64,000 nucleotides of DNA, from the NCBI GenBank assembly GCA_963843375.1, contig CAWJKT010000006.1:288001-352000 (forward strand), in the 5' to 3' direction. Source of the stretch: an uncultured Pseudomonadota bacterium. Its GTDB lineage: Bacteria > Oederibacteriota > Muellerivitia > Muellerivitales > Muellerivitaceae. The notes beneath the pieces are model-generated. The model ran no database searches, was not told where the DNA came from, and saw only the letters and a program-made list of their open reading frames with translations. The position numbers and the translations under genes are program-made. Shown here piece after piece: positions 1-11,216 of the stretch (within the stretch, counting starts at the first letter, position 1; every line of letters starts with the position of its first letter).

Positions 1-1918
1 TGATATCTTCATAATAACTTTCACTTCGGCGGTCGGTATTTTCAATCAGTTCTTTAGCGAACTGGACTTTTTCAAAGAGATCCTTCTCTTCCTCGAATTT
101 CAATAGGGCTTTGGACAGCTTATCCGAAACTTTCTTTTCAGGCAGGATCCGCAGGACACGGCCCGCCGCGGTGGCCAATTTCTGGAAATCGCCGTCCATC
201 TTGTTATTTTGGATCGTTTCAGCTTTGGCCACCACTTCAATCAGGGAAGCCGTCTGCGTGGCCGTGGCGGCATTGATAACATCATAGGAAAGACCTTTCG
301 TTTCCAAAACGGTTTGAAGCCTCGTTTTAAGGAATTCAAGAATATCCTTGCCTTCGTTCGGCTTGGTTTTACCCCCATATTGTTTTTGGACCGTCTGAAT
401 CAGTTCCTCCAAGGAAACCGCGTAATGGTTTTCCAGGATAATTTGAAGAACACCCAACGCCTGACGCCGAAGCGCAAAGGGATCTTGAGAGCCGCTGGGG
501 ATAAGTCCCGCTTTGAAACATCCCACGATGGTATCCAGTTTATCCGCCATGCTTAAAAGGGCGGCCGGGCCCGAGGCGGGCAGCTTGTCTCCTGAAAAAC
601 GGGGGTAATAATGGAATTGGATGGCTTCCCCGACCTCGGGTCTGCCCTGCTTGGCGGCGTAAATCCCTCCCATAACACCCTGCAGACTGTTGAATTCTTT
701 TTCGCGGATGATGTTCGTGGCCAGGTCGGCCTTGCACAGAAGTGCCGCTTCCTCCGCGTCCTTAACTTTTTCTTTCGACAAACCGCAAAGGGGTCCGAGT
801 TTTTTGACCAGGGATGCCAGCCTTACCGATTTATCGGCCATGGTTCCCATGCCTTCCAGCCAGGTAATTCCGGAAAGCTTATCCCCCCAGGCTTGGAGGG
901 GAAGCTTCATATCTTCCGCCACGAAGAATTTGGCATCTTCCAGACGGGCCTTAAGGGTGGACTCGTTGGACCGGATCACAACCGACTTGTCCCGGGGAGT
1001 GCCGTTGATGACGCTTATAAAATAAGGAGCCAGGTTTCCCTGGGAATCGCGGACCGCGAAATACTTCTGGTGTTCCCGCATGGCCGTCACAATGACTTGT
1101 TCAGGCAGGTCCAAATACTGGGGGTCGAAAGAACCCATGACGACGTCGGGGGATTCGATTAAATTGTTCACATCATCCAAGAGCTCGGGATCGGGAATAA
1201 CCGTGGTGTTTTTCTCCGCAGCCGCCTGCTGAATCTTGTTCCAAATGGATTGCCGGCGCTCGTCGGGCGCCGCAATGACGCCGCCCTGTCTTAAAACTTC
1301 CAGGTAATCGCTGGCTTCAACCACGTCCAAGGGTCCTTGTTTCAGGGCCCTCAAACCTCTTGTTTCCCGGCTGCTGTAAAGCCCCGCGATTTCAAAGGGA
1401 ATCACAGCCCTGGAAAAGACCGAACAAATCCACCGGATAGGCCGGGCGAAGAGGAAATCTCCGTTACCCCAGCGCTGGACTTTGGGGAACCGGATTTTCT
1501 TGATCACTTCGGGAAAAACCTCGGCCATGATCTCGGAAGTAAGCCGTCCGCCGCCCTTCTTGATAGCCACCACTACCTCGCCCTTGGGAGTCATTTTTCG
1601 TTTTAAAGAGGCCGCGGAAACACCCTGGGCCTTGGCAAAACCCTCGCCCGCCCGGGTCGGCAGGCCGTGCTCGTCGAAAGCCACCGATACCAGCGGACCC
1701 GTGACTTCCTTGCTCGAATCCTGCTGCATTTCGGGCAACCCCTTGAAGAAAAGGGTCAGCCGCCGGGGCGTGTAATAGGTATAGAGATGCTGATAGGAAA
1801 TGCGGTGGTCACGCAAGGAAGCTTCCGCCGCCGCAACCATCTGATCGATGGCCGGGCGGATATAGGAGGAAGGGAGTTCCTCGCATCCAATCTCAAGTAC
1901 GGCGTCCTTCAGGATCAT
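1..1918 (-). CDS. glyS: Glycine--tRNA ligase beta subunit (runs off left edge)
   Basis: Manual translation from ATG 1918: MILKDAVLEIGCEELP; also DPYGLRRQA-like motif; follows glyQ. Not in the ORF track because there is no stop in the window; frame continuity not fully checked. Confidence 0.92.
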   Translation of the reverse strand, partial: MILKDAVLEIGCEELPSSYIRPAIDQMVAAAEASLRDHRISYQHLYTYYTPRRLTLFFKGLPEMQQDSSKEVTGPLVSVAFDEHGLPTRAGEGFAKAQGVSAASLKRKMTPKGEVVVAIKKGGGRLTSEIMAEVFPEVIKKIRFPKVQRWGNGDFLFARPIRWICSVFSRAVIPFEIAGLYSSRETRGLRALKQGPLDVVEASDYLEVLRQGGVIAAPDERRQSIWNKIQQAAAEKNTTVIPDPELLDDVNNLIESPDVVMGSFDPQYLDLPEQVIVTAMREHQKYFAVRDSQGNLAPYFISVINGTPRDKSVVIRSNESTLKARLEDAKFFVAEDMKLPLQAWGDKLSGITWLEGMGTMADKSVRLASLVKKLGPLCGLSKEKVKDAEEAALLCKADLATNIIREKEFNSLQGVMGGIYAAKQGRPEVGEAIQFHYYPRFSGDKLPASGPAALLSMADKLDTIVGCFKAGLIPSGSQDPFALRRQALGVLQIILENHYAVSLEELIQTVQKQYGGKTKPNEGKDILEFLKTRLQTVLETKGLSYDVINAATATQTASLIEVVAKAETIQNNKMDGDFQKLATAAGRVLRILPEKKVSDKLSKALLKFEEEKDLFEKVQFAKELIENTDRRSESYYEDI

Positions 1919-1946
1919 CCAAAACCCCAATTCTTAATTTTGAATC

Positions 1947-2830
1947 CTAAGATTTACGAATTAGCGGAAATCCCAGTTCTTCCCTTTCTTTCACGTAAGC
2001 CGTGGCAACCGCCCTGGCCATTCCCCGAACCCTGGCAATGTAATTCGTGCGTTCAGCCACCGATATGGCCCCTCGGGCATCCAACAAGATTGAAGGTATG
2101 GGACGCCTTGATGACGTAATCATAAGCCGGGGCGGTTAGTTGGAGTTCCAAAAGGCGCCGCACTTCGCCTTCATAATCCTTGAAATGCCTCAGGAGCATT
2201 TTGGTATTGGCGTGCTCGAAATTGAAAGCCGAGAACTGTTTTTCGCTTTGAAGGAAAATATCCCGGTAAGTAATACCCTTGCCGCCATAATTCAAATCCC
2301 AGACGCTGTCCACGCCCTGGATGACGGTGGCGATACGCTCAAGCCCGAAGGTGATTTCCCCGGAAACGGGCTTCAGTTCCAAGCCCGCCGGTCGTCTGGA
2401 AAAAGGTGAACTGGGTGATCTCAATGCCGTCCATCCAGACCTGCCAGCCCAAACCGGAAGCCCCCAGGGTGGGCGATTCCCAATCGTCCTCCACGAAACG
2501 GATGTCATGCTCATCCTGACGGATGCCGATCTGTTCAAGACTTTCCAGGTAAAGCTCCACCATGTTTTCAGGCGAAGGTTTCAGGATGATCTGGTACTGG
2601 TAGTAATGCTGCATGCGGTTGGGGTTTTCGCCGTAACGGCCGTCCTTGGGCCGGCGGCAGGGGTCCACATAGGCCACGTGGTAAGGTTCGGGGCCCAAGA
2701 CACGGAAGAAAGTGGCGGGATTGAAGGTGCCGGCTCCCTTTTCCAGGTCGTAAGGCTGTTGGACGACGCAACCCTGGTGGCTCCAATATTGGTTAAGGGT
2801 AAAGATGAGTTCCTGAAATGAAAGCGCCAT
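1947..2830 (-). CDS. glyQ: Glycine--tRNA ligase alpha subunit (frameshifts near ~2400 and ~2085)
   Basis: [33 protein letters not shown]; continues in other frames as [18 protein letters not shown] and [10 protein letters not shown]. Confidence 0.95.
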
Positions 2831-2978
2831 TAGGGTCCTGTTACGGAAATCTGGGTCGGTTTGAAAAAAATACGGGATTTACACCTTATTCGCAAGCTAA
2901 AAACGGGATAAAAGAGGAGGTTTAAAATCATTTCAGCGGGTAAAAGGGCCGGTCCGGGTAAATCGTGGGGCAAAAGGC

Positions 2979-3009
2979 AAAAAAAAAGCCCCCGAAAACT
3001 CGAGGGCTT
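2979..3009 (-). terminator. Intrinsic terminator after cold-shock gene
   Basis: AAGCCC..GGGCTT hairpin followed by a T run on the minus strand. Confidence 0.75.
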
Positions 3010-3029
3010 AACAACCTTGGCTAAATCGT

Positions 3030-3230
3030 TTAGATCTTGCGGACGTTTTCAGCCTTCAGACCCTTCTGGCCTTGGGTGACTTCGAATTCAACGCGGTCCC
3101 CCTCGTTTAAAGTCTTGAAGCCATCGTTCTGAATGGACGAGTAATGCACGAATACATCCTCGCCGCCATCCTGGGAGATAAAACCAAAACCCTTTTCGTT
3201 CTTAAACCACTTCACGGTTCCTTGAGCCAT
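3030..3230 (-). CDS. cspA: Cold-shock protein
   Basis: GTVKWF, KGFGFI (RNP1), VFVH (RNP2); 66 aa. Confidence 0.95.
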   Translation of the reverse strand: MAQGTVKWFKNEKGFGFISQDGGEDVFVHYSSIQNDGFKTLNEGDRVEFEVTQGQKGLKAENVRKI

Positions 3231-3344
3231 TTCGACAACCTCTAAATAAAATTTTACTTCCTTCCGGGGATGGACCCTCAGAAGGCACTCATATTACTGA
3301 AAAGCCAACTTTTGAAAACTTTTTAATTTTTTCTGAATACGTTT

Positions 3345-3838
3345 TTAGAGGATTAAGAAACCGTTAAGGCGAGGAAAGAAAATTCCAGAAGAACGATGCC
3401 AACCACAAAGATCGTTCCCAAAATAAACCAGCCCCATCCGTCGGTTAAAGGCGCCCCCAAAGGGGTTTCTTAGCAGGCCAAACCTGGATGGCATCCCCGT
3501 TTTGGGGCTCCAATTGGTCCGGCCAGGCAGGATAGAGGCAATAGATTTTGTCATTGAAGATTTCGAGTTGGGAGCCCCTTCTTTTTGGGCGCTGAAGAGT
3601 TTTGGTTATCAACGTTGACTTGGAATAAGCCTCCGACTCGACAACCGGTTTTCAATTTTCCAATGTGGTTAAAAACAGCGGACACTTTGGCGTCCTTCCC
3701 GCCCTGGCCCGTGACCAAGGAGATCAATGGATAGGCCAGGAAAAGCACCGCTATAAAAAAGAAAACAATGGCTAAAACAACCCCCAATGATTTCACGACA
3801 ATAAAACGCAATAACGATTTCCAATTAAAAGAGGACAT
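3345..3838 (-). CDS. Hypothetical membrane protein, probably one multiply frameshifted gene
   Basis: N-terminal TM helix in 3551..3838; overlapping frames continue to ~3345. Confidence 0.45.
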
Positions 3839-4000
3839 TCATAACCCCGCACTTGGGATGGGCAACGAAAGCGGATTTATTCTATAAGAGAAGGGCGAAA
3901 AGTTCCCACACTTTTTATTCAAGAATGGGTTGTGCCTTTTCCTTATTTTTTTGGACGGAAGGATTCGATTTTAACGATGCGGGAACCAGTCTAAAAAACT

Positions 4001-4567
4001 TTACATCATTCCCAATTGAAGCCGGGCGGCTTCGGTCATAAGGGATTGGTTCCAGGGGGGCTCGAAGGTGACTTCGACATAAGCTTCCTTGACCCCTTGG
4101 ATCCGGCTGAGCTTTTGCTCGATCTCGGTTTTCAGCACCGTGGACATGCCGCAACCCGGCGCAGTTAAGGTCATGACGACATCAACTTTTTTCCCGCCTT
4201 TCGGGTGGGAGCTGATCTTGCAGCTATAGATGAGTCCCAATTCAACGATATCCACCGGAATCTCGGGGTCGTAGCAGGTTTTGAGCTGAGTCCAAACGTC
4301 CTTTTCCACTTCCTTTTCGTCCCGTGGTGTTTCGTCGCCATATTCAATCTTGAATACCTTGGCTTCTGCGGGGATTTCCTTGCCCAACGCGTCCGCGTCG
4401 CGCCCATCAATACGCACCAATTGGCCGTTGTCCCTTTGAACGGTGAAACTGCCCCCTAAAGTTTGGGTGATATAAACCTTCTCATCCTTAAACAGCAGCG
4501 TTTCCGTTCCATAAGGGATGGTAATGGCCTTGGCGTCCTTGGTGACCGTCACTAGTTCTTGACTCAT
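4001..4567 (-). CDS. sufT: Fe-S cluster assembly protein SufT (DUF59)
   Basis: YDPEIPVDIVELGLIY, MTLTAPGC, FEPPW; last gene of suf operon. Confidence 0.92.
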   Translation of the reverse strand: MSQELVTVTKDAKAITIPYGTETLLFKDEKVYITQTLGGSFTVQRDNGQLVRIDGRDADALGKEIPAEAKVFKIEYGDETPRDEKEVEKDVWTQLKTCYDPEIPVDIVELGLIYSCKISSHPKGGKKVDVVMTLTAPGCGMSTVLKTEIEQKLSRIQGVKEAYVEVTFEPPWNQSLMTEAARLQLGMM

Positions 4568-5028
4568 GGATCCACCCCGTCATCCGTGGATACCACGGAT
4601 TTCTCGTCATGAAGAGCCGCTTCCAGGGTGTGCCAGGCTAAACTGGCGCATTTGACACGGGCGGGATAATCCCGGACTCCCGCGAATACCTTTAGTTTAC
4701 CCAGGTCGGCCGGAACCTTTTCTTCCTTGCCCATGACCATGTCGTGGAACTGGTTGAAGATCTTCTCGGCCTCGGCGGTTTTCTTTCCCTTCAAGGCCAT
4801 CGTCATCATGGAAGCCGATGCCTTTGAAATGGCGCATCCCGAACCCTTGAATTTCAGGTCCTCAATAACGCCTTCACCGTTCACCTTAAGGTCCAAGGCA
4901 ATCTTGTCTCCACACAGGGGGTTAAAGCCATCCGCATGATGATTGGCATCGGATAAATCCCCGAAATTACGCGGATTTTTCTGGTGATCCAGAATTAAAT
5001 CCTGATAAAGATCGCTGAAATCGGACAT
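4564..5028 (-). CDS. sufU: SUF system NifU-family protein
   Basis: NPLCGD, GCAISKASAS, PARVKCA. Confidence 0.95.
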   Translation of the reverse strand: MSDFSDLYQDLILDHQKNPRNFGDLSDANHHADGFNPLCGDKIALDLKVNGEGVIEDLKFKGSGCAISKASASMMTMALKGKKTAEAEKIFNQFHDMVMGKEEKVPADLGKLKVFAGVRDYPARVKCASLAWHTLEAALHDEKSVVSTDDGVDP

Positions 5029-6243
5029 TACTTAAAAACCTCCATGACTTTTCGCACCGCCTTGGCCAATAGGTCGATTTCATGACGGGTGTTATAAAGG
5101 GCGAAGGAAGCCCTGGCGGTGGCGGGGATTTGATATCGATCCATGACCGGTTGGGCGCAATGATGTCCAGCCCGGATGGCAACTCCCTGCCGGTCCAGGA
5201 TGGTGCCGATGTCGTGCGGATGAATTTCACCCAGGGTGAAGGAAAGCACGCCCGCTTTATGCCTGGCCGTTCCCACCAGCCGAAGGCCGGGAATTTCCTG
5301 GAGTTTTTGAGTCCCATAAACGAGCAAATCCCGTTCATGGGCGGAAATGGTATTCAGGCCGATCTTCGAAACATAATCCAGAGCCGAGCCCAGGCCAATG
5401 ACTCCGGCGATATGCGGCGTACCCGCCTCGAATTTGTGGGGCGGCTTCTTATAGGAGGTCTTCTCAAAGGTGACCGAGGAAATCATGTCTCCCCCACCCT
5501 GATAAGGCGGCATCGAATCCAAAAGGGAATACTTTCCGTACAATACCCCGATTCCCGTGGGTCCATAAATTTTATGTCCAGAGAAAACGTAAAAATCGCA
5601 ATCCAGTTGTTGAACATCAACCCCCTGATGCGGAACGGCCTGGGCCCCATCCACCAGCACCTTGACCCCTTTTTCGTGGGCCGTCTTGACGATTTCAGCG
5701 ATGGGATTAACCGTGCCCAAAGCGTTGGAAACATGGGTTAGGGCCAACAATTTGGTTTTAGGGGTGAAGAGTTTCCAAAGTTCCGCAAGGATCAATTCGC
5801 CCGCATCGTTGATGGGGGCCACCTTCAAAAGAGCGCCCTTTTCTTCGCAAAGCATCTGCCAGGGAACGATGTTGGAATGATGTTCCATGTGGGTCACGAT
5901 GATTTCGTCCGCCGGCCCCTATGTTTTTTCGGCCCCAGGTCTGGGCCACCAGATTGATTCCCTCCGTGGCGCCCCGGGTAAAGATGATTTCCCGGGAATC
6001 GGCGGCATTTAGGAATTTTTGAATTTTGATTCTTGCTCCTTCGTAAGCCGCGGTGGCCTTTTCGCTCAATAAATGCAGGCCCCGGTGAATATTGGAATTG
6101 TATTCGCGGTAATAATCGTCCAGGGCTTCGATGACCCAAAGGGGTTTTTGGGTGGTGGCGGCGTTATCCAAATAAACCAGCTGTTTCCCATGGACCTTTT
6201 CCTTGAGGATAGGAAAATCCTTGCGGATTTTTTCCACATTCAA
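5028..6243 (-). CDS. sufS: Cysteine desulfurase (frameshift ~5915)
   Basis: YLDNAATTQKP, FSGHK, RAGHHCA across two frames. Confidence 0.95.
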
Positions 6244-6260
6244 AAGTCCGATTTCCGGTT

Positions 6261-7614
6261 TTATCTTTTTGTCGAGGGGGTGTCTTTGTTTTCATGTCTT
6301 TCCCTCCATCCATTCCCCGACCATCCGGCGAATAGGGGTTTAAGATAATCGTCGGAGAGCCGGTCCACCATTTCGCCCGCGAAAGCGTTGACCAGGGTGC
6401 GCTTGGCTTCTTCCCGATTGATCCCCCGGGATTGGAAATAAAAAAGGGCTTCCTGGTCCAACTGTCCCGTCGCCGAACCATGGGAACATTTCACGTCATC
6501 CGCGTAAATTTGGAGTTGAGGCTTGGAATAAGATCTCTGGCTTCCCTGGAAAGTTCCAGGTTTTTGTTGGACTGTCGGGCATCGGTCTTTTGGGCGTTTT
6601 CCCGCACCAGGACCCGGCCGTCAAAAATGGCGGTGGCCTTTTTATCCGCAACAGCCTTGAAGACTTGTTCGCTTTTACAGGAGGGCGAAAGATGGTCCAC
6701 GAAGGTGTGGATATCCAGGTTTTGCTTGCCGGTGGAAAGGGCCAAGCCTTCCAATAGGCACTCGGCCTTCTTCTCGGACAGGACCGTTTCCACTTCGCTG
6801 CGCCCACAGCGCCGCCCAGGGAAAAAATCCGGGATACCAGACGGCTGCCCTCATTTTGCTGGGCCGCCAAGACTCCGATGTGGTAAGCCAAGTCGCTTTC
6901 TTGTTGGATCTTGGTGTGTTCCAGGAAAGCGCCATGGGCAAGGGAAACTTTCGTGACGGCGTTGGTGAAATAAGGACTCAAATTATTGCCCCAATAATGC
7001 TCGATGACCTTCGCCTGGCAATCCTCTTCCATCAGGATAAGGTTGCGGATATGGGATTGGGTCGGCTTTGCCCGAATTACTGGAAAGGTAGACGACATGC
7101 AAGGGTCTTGAGGAGCTTTTCCCCGGGCGACATGCAGGAAAAGCCCGTCGGTGAAATAGGCGTAATTCAAGGCCACAAAGGGGTGGTTTTCCGGGGACAG
7201 AATATGCCCAAAGTAGCGTTTCAAGGGGCCGTCGGACAGGCTTTCGATAAGACTTCGAAGCTTGACCCCTAGGGGCGGTTCGCTCAGATGGGAAAGGGTC
7301 CTGGAGAAATGCCCGTTCACGAAAACCATCAAATCGGCCTTGTCGACGTCAAATCCGTCGGACTTTGAGCTCGGCGACCACCGCTTCCTTGGAAGGCTTG
7401 TCTGGCCGTCAGGTCAAAGGGAATCTGGTAAAAGGAATCCAACGGCGCGTATTTCCAAGATTCATCCGTCGAATCAGGAAATCCTTTCTTGTCAATAAGG
7501 GCCAAGGGCCTTCTCCCGGGTCTCTTGAATCCAGAAAGGGTCTTTGGTGAGGGCGGTCTTTTCCCAATCGGAAAAAGTCGCCAGATATGAATTTTTAACT
7601 TCCATGGCGTTCAT
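6261..7614 (-). CDS. sufD: Fe-S cluster assembly protein SufD (multiple frameshifts)
   Basis: VFVNG, FDGRVLV..AQKTDARQ, KCSHGSATGQLD fragments between sufC and sufS. Confidence 0.9.
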
Positions 7615-8384
7615 CCGATGGCCGCTTCTTTCTTTTCGATTCCGGTAATCCAGCCATAGCCCTTTTCTTCCAATTCCAGGGCCAGTTCCTTGCCGCCCGA
7701 CTTCACGATGCGGCCCTGGGCCAAAACATGGACCTTGTCCGGAACGATGTAATCCAATAGACGCTGGTAATGGGTCACCAAAAGGAAGGACCGGTCTTTG
7801 TTCTTGAGGGCGTTAACCCCGTCGGCCACCACTTTCAAAGCGTCGATATCCAGTCCCGAATCGGTCTCGTCCAAAATCGCCAGTTTGGGTTCCAAGACCG
7901 CCATCTGGAGAATCTCATTCTTCTTCTTTTCGCCGCCCGAAAAGCCCTCGTTCACCGCGCGTTGCAGCATGGTCTCGTCCATCTTGAGGGGTTTCAGTTT
8001 GGCCTTCACCAGGTCGAGAAAGTCCATGGCGTCCAGTTCTTCCATGCCCTTGGACTTGCGGATGGCGTTCAAAGCCGCTTTCAGGAAATAGGTATTGTTC
8101 ACTCCGGGGATTTCCACCGGATATTGGAAAGCCAGGAATACTCCGGCCCGGGCCCTGTCTTCCGGCGATAGGGCAAGGAGGTCTTTCCCCTCAAAGAGGA
8201 CTTCCCCGCCGGTGATTTGATAACCTTCCCGGCCCGCCAAGACGTGGGCCAGGGTGCTTTTACCCGAACCGTTGGGCCCCATGATGGCGTGCACTTCTCC
8301 GGGCTTCACCGTCAGGTTGATCCCCTTGAGAATTTCCTTTTCTTCAACTCTTGCTTGCAGGTTTTTGATTTCTAACATTTTCAT
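7611..8384 (-). CDS. sufC: Fe-S cluster assembly ATPase
   Basis: [32 protein letters not shown]. Confidence 0.97.
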   Translation of the reverse strand: MKMLEIKNLQARVEEKEILKGINLTVKPGEVHAIMGPNGSGKSTLAHVLAGREGYQITGGEVLFEGKDLLALSPEDRARAGVFLAFQYPVEIPGVNNTYFLKAALNAIRKSKGMEELDAMDFLDLVKAKLKPLKMDETMLQRAVNEGFSGGEKKKNEILQMAVLEPKLAILDETDSGLDIDALKVVADGVNALKNKDRSFLLVTHYQRLLDYIVPDKVHVLAQGRIVKSGGKELALELEEKGYGWITGIEKKEAAIG

Positions 8385-8433
8385 TCCTTATATTTTGATC
8401 CGTGTCCCTCCAATCGGCGGTTGCTTGATTCCT

Positions 8434-9879
8434 TTATCCCACACTTCCTTCCAGACTGACGCCCAAGAGTTTCTGCGCTTCCACCGCGAATTCCATGGGA
8501 AGTTTGCGGAAAACTTCCTTGCAGAAACCCATTCACGATAAGGTTCACCGCGTCCTCGCTGGAAAGGCCCCGCTGGCGGCAGTAAAAAACCTGGTCCTCG
8601 CTGATCTTGGAGGTGGAAGCCTCATGGCCCACCTTGGAGCTGTTGTTCTTCACTTCGATATAAGGCACCGTATGGGCCCCGCACTTGTCACCCATGAGAA
8701 GCGAGTCGCACTGGGTGTAGTTTTGGGCGTTCTCGGCCGCCGGCTGGATGCGCACCAGGCCCCGGTAGGTGTTTTGCCCGTGGCCCGCCGAAATTCCCTT
8801 GGAAATGATGGTGCTTTTGGTGTTTTTTCCCACGTGGATCATCTTGGTGCCCGTATCGGCCTGCTGGTAATTGTTGGCCACCGCCACCGAGTAGAATTCG
8901 CCCACCGAATTGTCCCCCTGCAGGATACAACTGGGGTATTTCCAGGTGATGGCCGAGCCCGTTTCCACCTGGGTCCAGGAAATTTTGGAATTACCCCCCG
9001 GCAGGCTCCGCGCTTGGTGACGAAGTTGTAGACCCCGCCCTTCCCGTTTTGTCGCCCGGATACCAGTTTTGAACGGTGGAATATTTGATCTCGGCGTTGT
9101 CCAAGGCGATCAGTTCCACCACCGCCGCGTGCAATTGGTTTTCGTCCCGCATGGGGGCCGTGCAACCCTCCAGGTAGCTGACATAGGCGCCCGCGTCGGC
9201 GATCAGGAGCGTGCGTTCGAACTGACCCGTCTTGGCCGCGTTGATGCGGAAATAAGTGGAAAGTTCCATGGGGCAGCGGACACCCTTGGGCACATAGCAG
9301 AAGGACCCGTCGGTAAAGACCGCGCTGTTCAAGGCCGCGAAAAAGTTGTCGTTATAAGGCACCACCGTACCCAGATATTTTTGAACCAGTTCCGGATGTT
9401 CCTGTACCGCCTCCGAAAAGGAGCAGAAGATGATTCCCAACTCACCCAGTTTTTTCTTGAAGGTTGTTCCCACCGAGACGCTGTCCATGACCGCGTCCAC
9501 CGCCACCCCGGCCAGAACTTCCCTTTCCTGCAAGGGGCACTCCAAGCTTGTCGAACATCTTGAGGATCTCCGGGTCCACCTCGTTGAGGCTCTTGGGCCC
9601 CTGCTTGGGGGCGGAGTAATAAATGATGTCCTGGTAGTTGATGGCGGGGTAATGGACATTCTGCCAATCGGGCTCCTTCATTTTGGTCCAATGCCGATAG
9701 CACTTCAGGCGCCATTCCAAAAGAAAGGGCGGCTCATTTTTTTTCTTGGAAATGAAACGGATGATGTCTTCGTTCAAGCCCGGCGGGGCCGAATCCGCTT
9801 CGATATCGGTGATAAACCCATATTTATATTCTTCCTGGGTGACCTTCTCGACGGGTAATTCTTGTGTTTTAGGTTTCAT
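8434..9879 (-). CDS. sufB: Fe-S cluster assembly protein SufB (several frameshifts)
   Basis: [32 protein letters not shown]; ends GSVG* at 8434. Confidence 0.95.
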
Positions 9880-9889
9880 TTCTTTTTCC

Positions 9890-10393
9890 TCAGGACTTTG
9901 GAGCTTCAACAACCCGGTGGGCCGCTGGAACAAAAGCATGTGATGTTTTTTGGCTGATCCATTTTTCCATTTCCGGTTCGGTCGCCACCAAATCGGAAAG
10001 TTTGCACTTCATCAGATAACTGGTCATAGCCAGGGAAAGGCCGGTCCAAAGGGATCGGATAGAACAATCCAAGGTATGGATACAGGTTTCATGCTCCCGG
10101 GAAGGCGATGAGCAATATTCCTCGCGTGAGAAAAATTTGCCTCCCAAAGCCTCCAAGACTTCGTTGACGTTAATATCCTGGGGAGCCTTGGAAAGCTGGT
10201 AACCTCCGCTTTGGCCTCTTAGACTTTGGACCAATCCACCCTTTCGAAGTATCCCCATGATCTTGGCCACGTGGGCGGGAGTCAGGTCCTCTTTTTGGGA
10301 TAATTCCATAATGGTGGTGGTCCCTTTGGCGCCCTTCTTGGCCATTTGCAACATACAGCGAAGGCCATATTCCTCCGTGGACGAGAACTTCAT
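9890..10393 (-). CDS. Rrf2-family SUF system regulator
   Basis: EYGLR, SLRGQSGGYQL, three C-terminal Cys; AAGGAG RBS before ATG 10393 (alternative 10399). Confidence 0.92.
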   Translation of the reverse strand: MKFSSTEEYGLRCMLQMAKKGAKGTTTIMELSQKEDLTPAHVAKIMGILRKGGLVQSLRGQSGGYQLSKAPQDINVNEVLEALGGKFFSREEYCSSPSREHETCIHTLDCSIRSLWTGLSLAMTSYLMKCKLSDLVATEPEMEKWISQKTSHAFVPAAHRVVEAPKS

Positions 10394-10445
10394 TTCCATC
10401 TCCTTAAATTCAAGCAAAACCCTTAACAACTTCACTTTGCGCAAT

Positions 10446-10489
10446 CTTGACAAGAAAGTCAAGTATAGGCAAAACTCCTTTCAAATCAA
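10446..10489 (-). promoter_or_regulatory. Putative suf promoter with palindromic operator
   Basis: Minus strand TTGATT-16-TATACT; inverted repeat CTTGAC-N6-GTCAAG at 10446-10463. Confidence 0.65.
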
Positions 10490-10542
10490 GCTTTTTTGAT
10501 TTTTGAGTGGTTTCTAGCCGACATTTTCGCCAAGAGGGGCTT

Positions 10543-10731
10543 TTAGGAATGCCAATGTTCTGAAATAAATTGGGTTATTTCCTCAATTAAGGGGCGAACA
10601 TTTAGGACGATCAAATCCCAGATAAAAGTCAAAACAAAAAGAACTTCGTGGGGATAACAACAAATGACAACCAAAATAATGGCGATAAAAATCGATAGCA
10701 CCCATTTCCAGCTGCCTTCGGAGGCGATCAT
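10543..10731 (-). CDS. Small hypothetical membrane protein
   Basis: 62 aa, hydrophobic; ATGA overlap with gluconokinase stop. Confidence 0.55.
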   Translation of the reverse strand: MIASEGSWKWVLSIFIAIILVVICCYPHEVLFVLTFIWDLIVLNVRPLIEEITQFISEHWHS

Positions 10732-11216
10732 GAGATTCCTTTCAATGCTTCAACCAGTTGCTTCACGATAGTATCGGGTTCTTTTCGAATATCAACCAGC
10801 AGAGCGTTTGAAGGTTCTTCTAAGGCCTCCATCTGGCTTTCCAACAATTGGGGTCCGGCAAAATGATCTTTTCGGCCTTGAAGCCTCTGTCGCAAGACCT
10901 CTTTATCCCCTTTCAAGTAAACCCATTGAACGGCAAGGCCTTCGGACAATTGATCCCGGTATTTTTGTTTCAAGGCGGAACAGGCTAAAAAAGTCCGGGA
11001 GTTTTCCGCGTCCCAAATTTTCATCTCGTCGTGAAGAATTTGAAGCCAGGAAATCCGATCCTCGTCGGTCAGGGGGATTCCGCAACCCATCTTCTCCCGA
11101 TTAGCCGGGGAATGGTAGTTGTCCGCGTCATAAAAAGGCCCCTTCAAGTCCTGGGCTAATTTACGTCCAATGGTTGTTTTCCCGGATCCCGAAACCCCCA
11201 TCAGAATGACGATCAT
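10728..11216 (-). CDS. Gluconokinase (GntK/IdnK family)
   Basis: MGVSGSGKTT, PLTDEDR, ACSALK, LESQ..LEEP. Confidence 0.92.
   Translation of the reverse strand: MIVILMGVSGSGKTTIGRKLAQDLKGPFYDADNYHSPANREKMGCGIPLTDEDRISWLQILHDEMKIWDAENSRTFLACSALKQKYRDQLSEGLAVQWVYLKGDKEVLRQRLQGRKDHFAGPQLLESQMEALEEPSNALLVDIRKEPDTIVKQLVEALKGIS

Noticed and set aside
2831..2978. T-box riboswitch upstream of glyQS
   Set aside because: No T-box consensus or leader terminator visible.
1947..9879. True pseudogenisation or programmed frameshifting of glyQ and suf genes
   Set aside because: These genes are typically essential, protein motifs are intact across the breaks, and I saw no shared slippery motif; assembly error is simpler.
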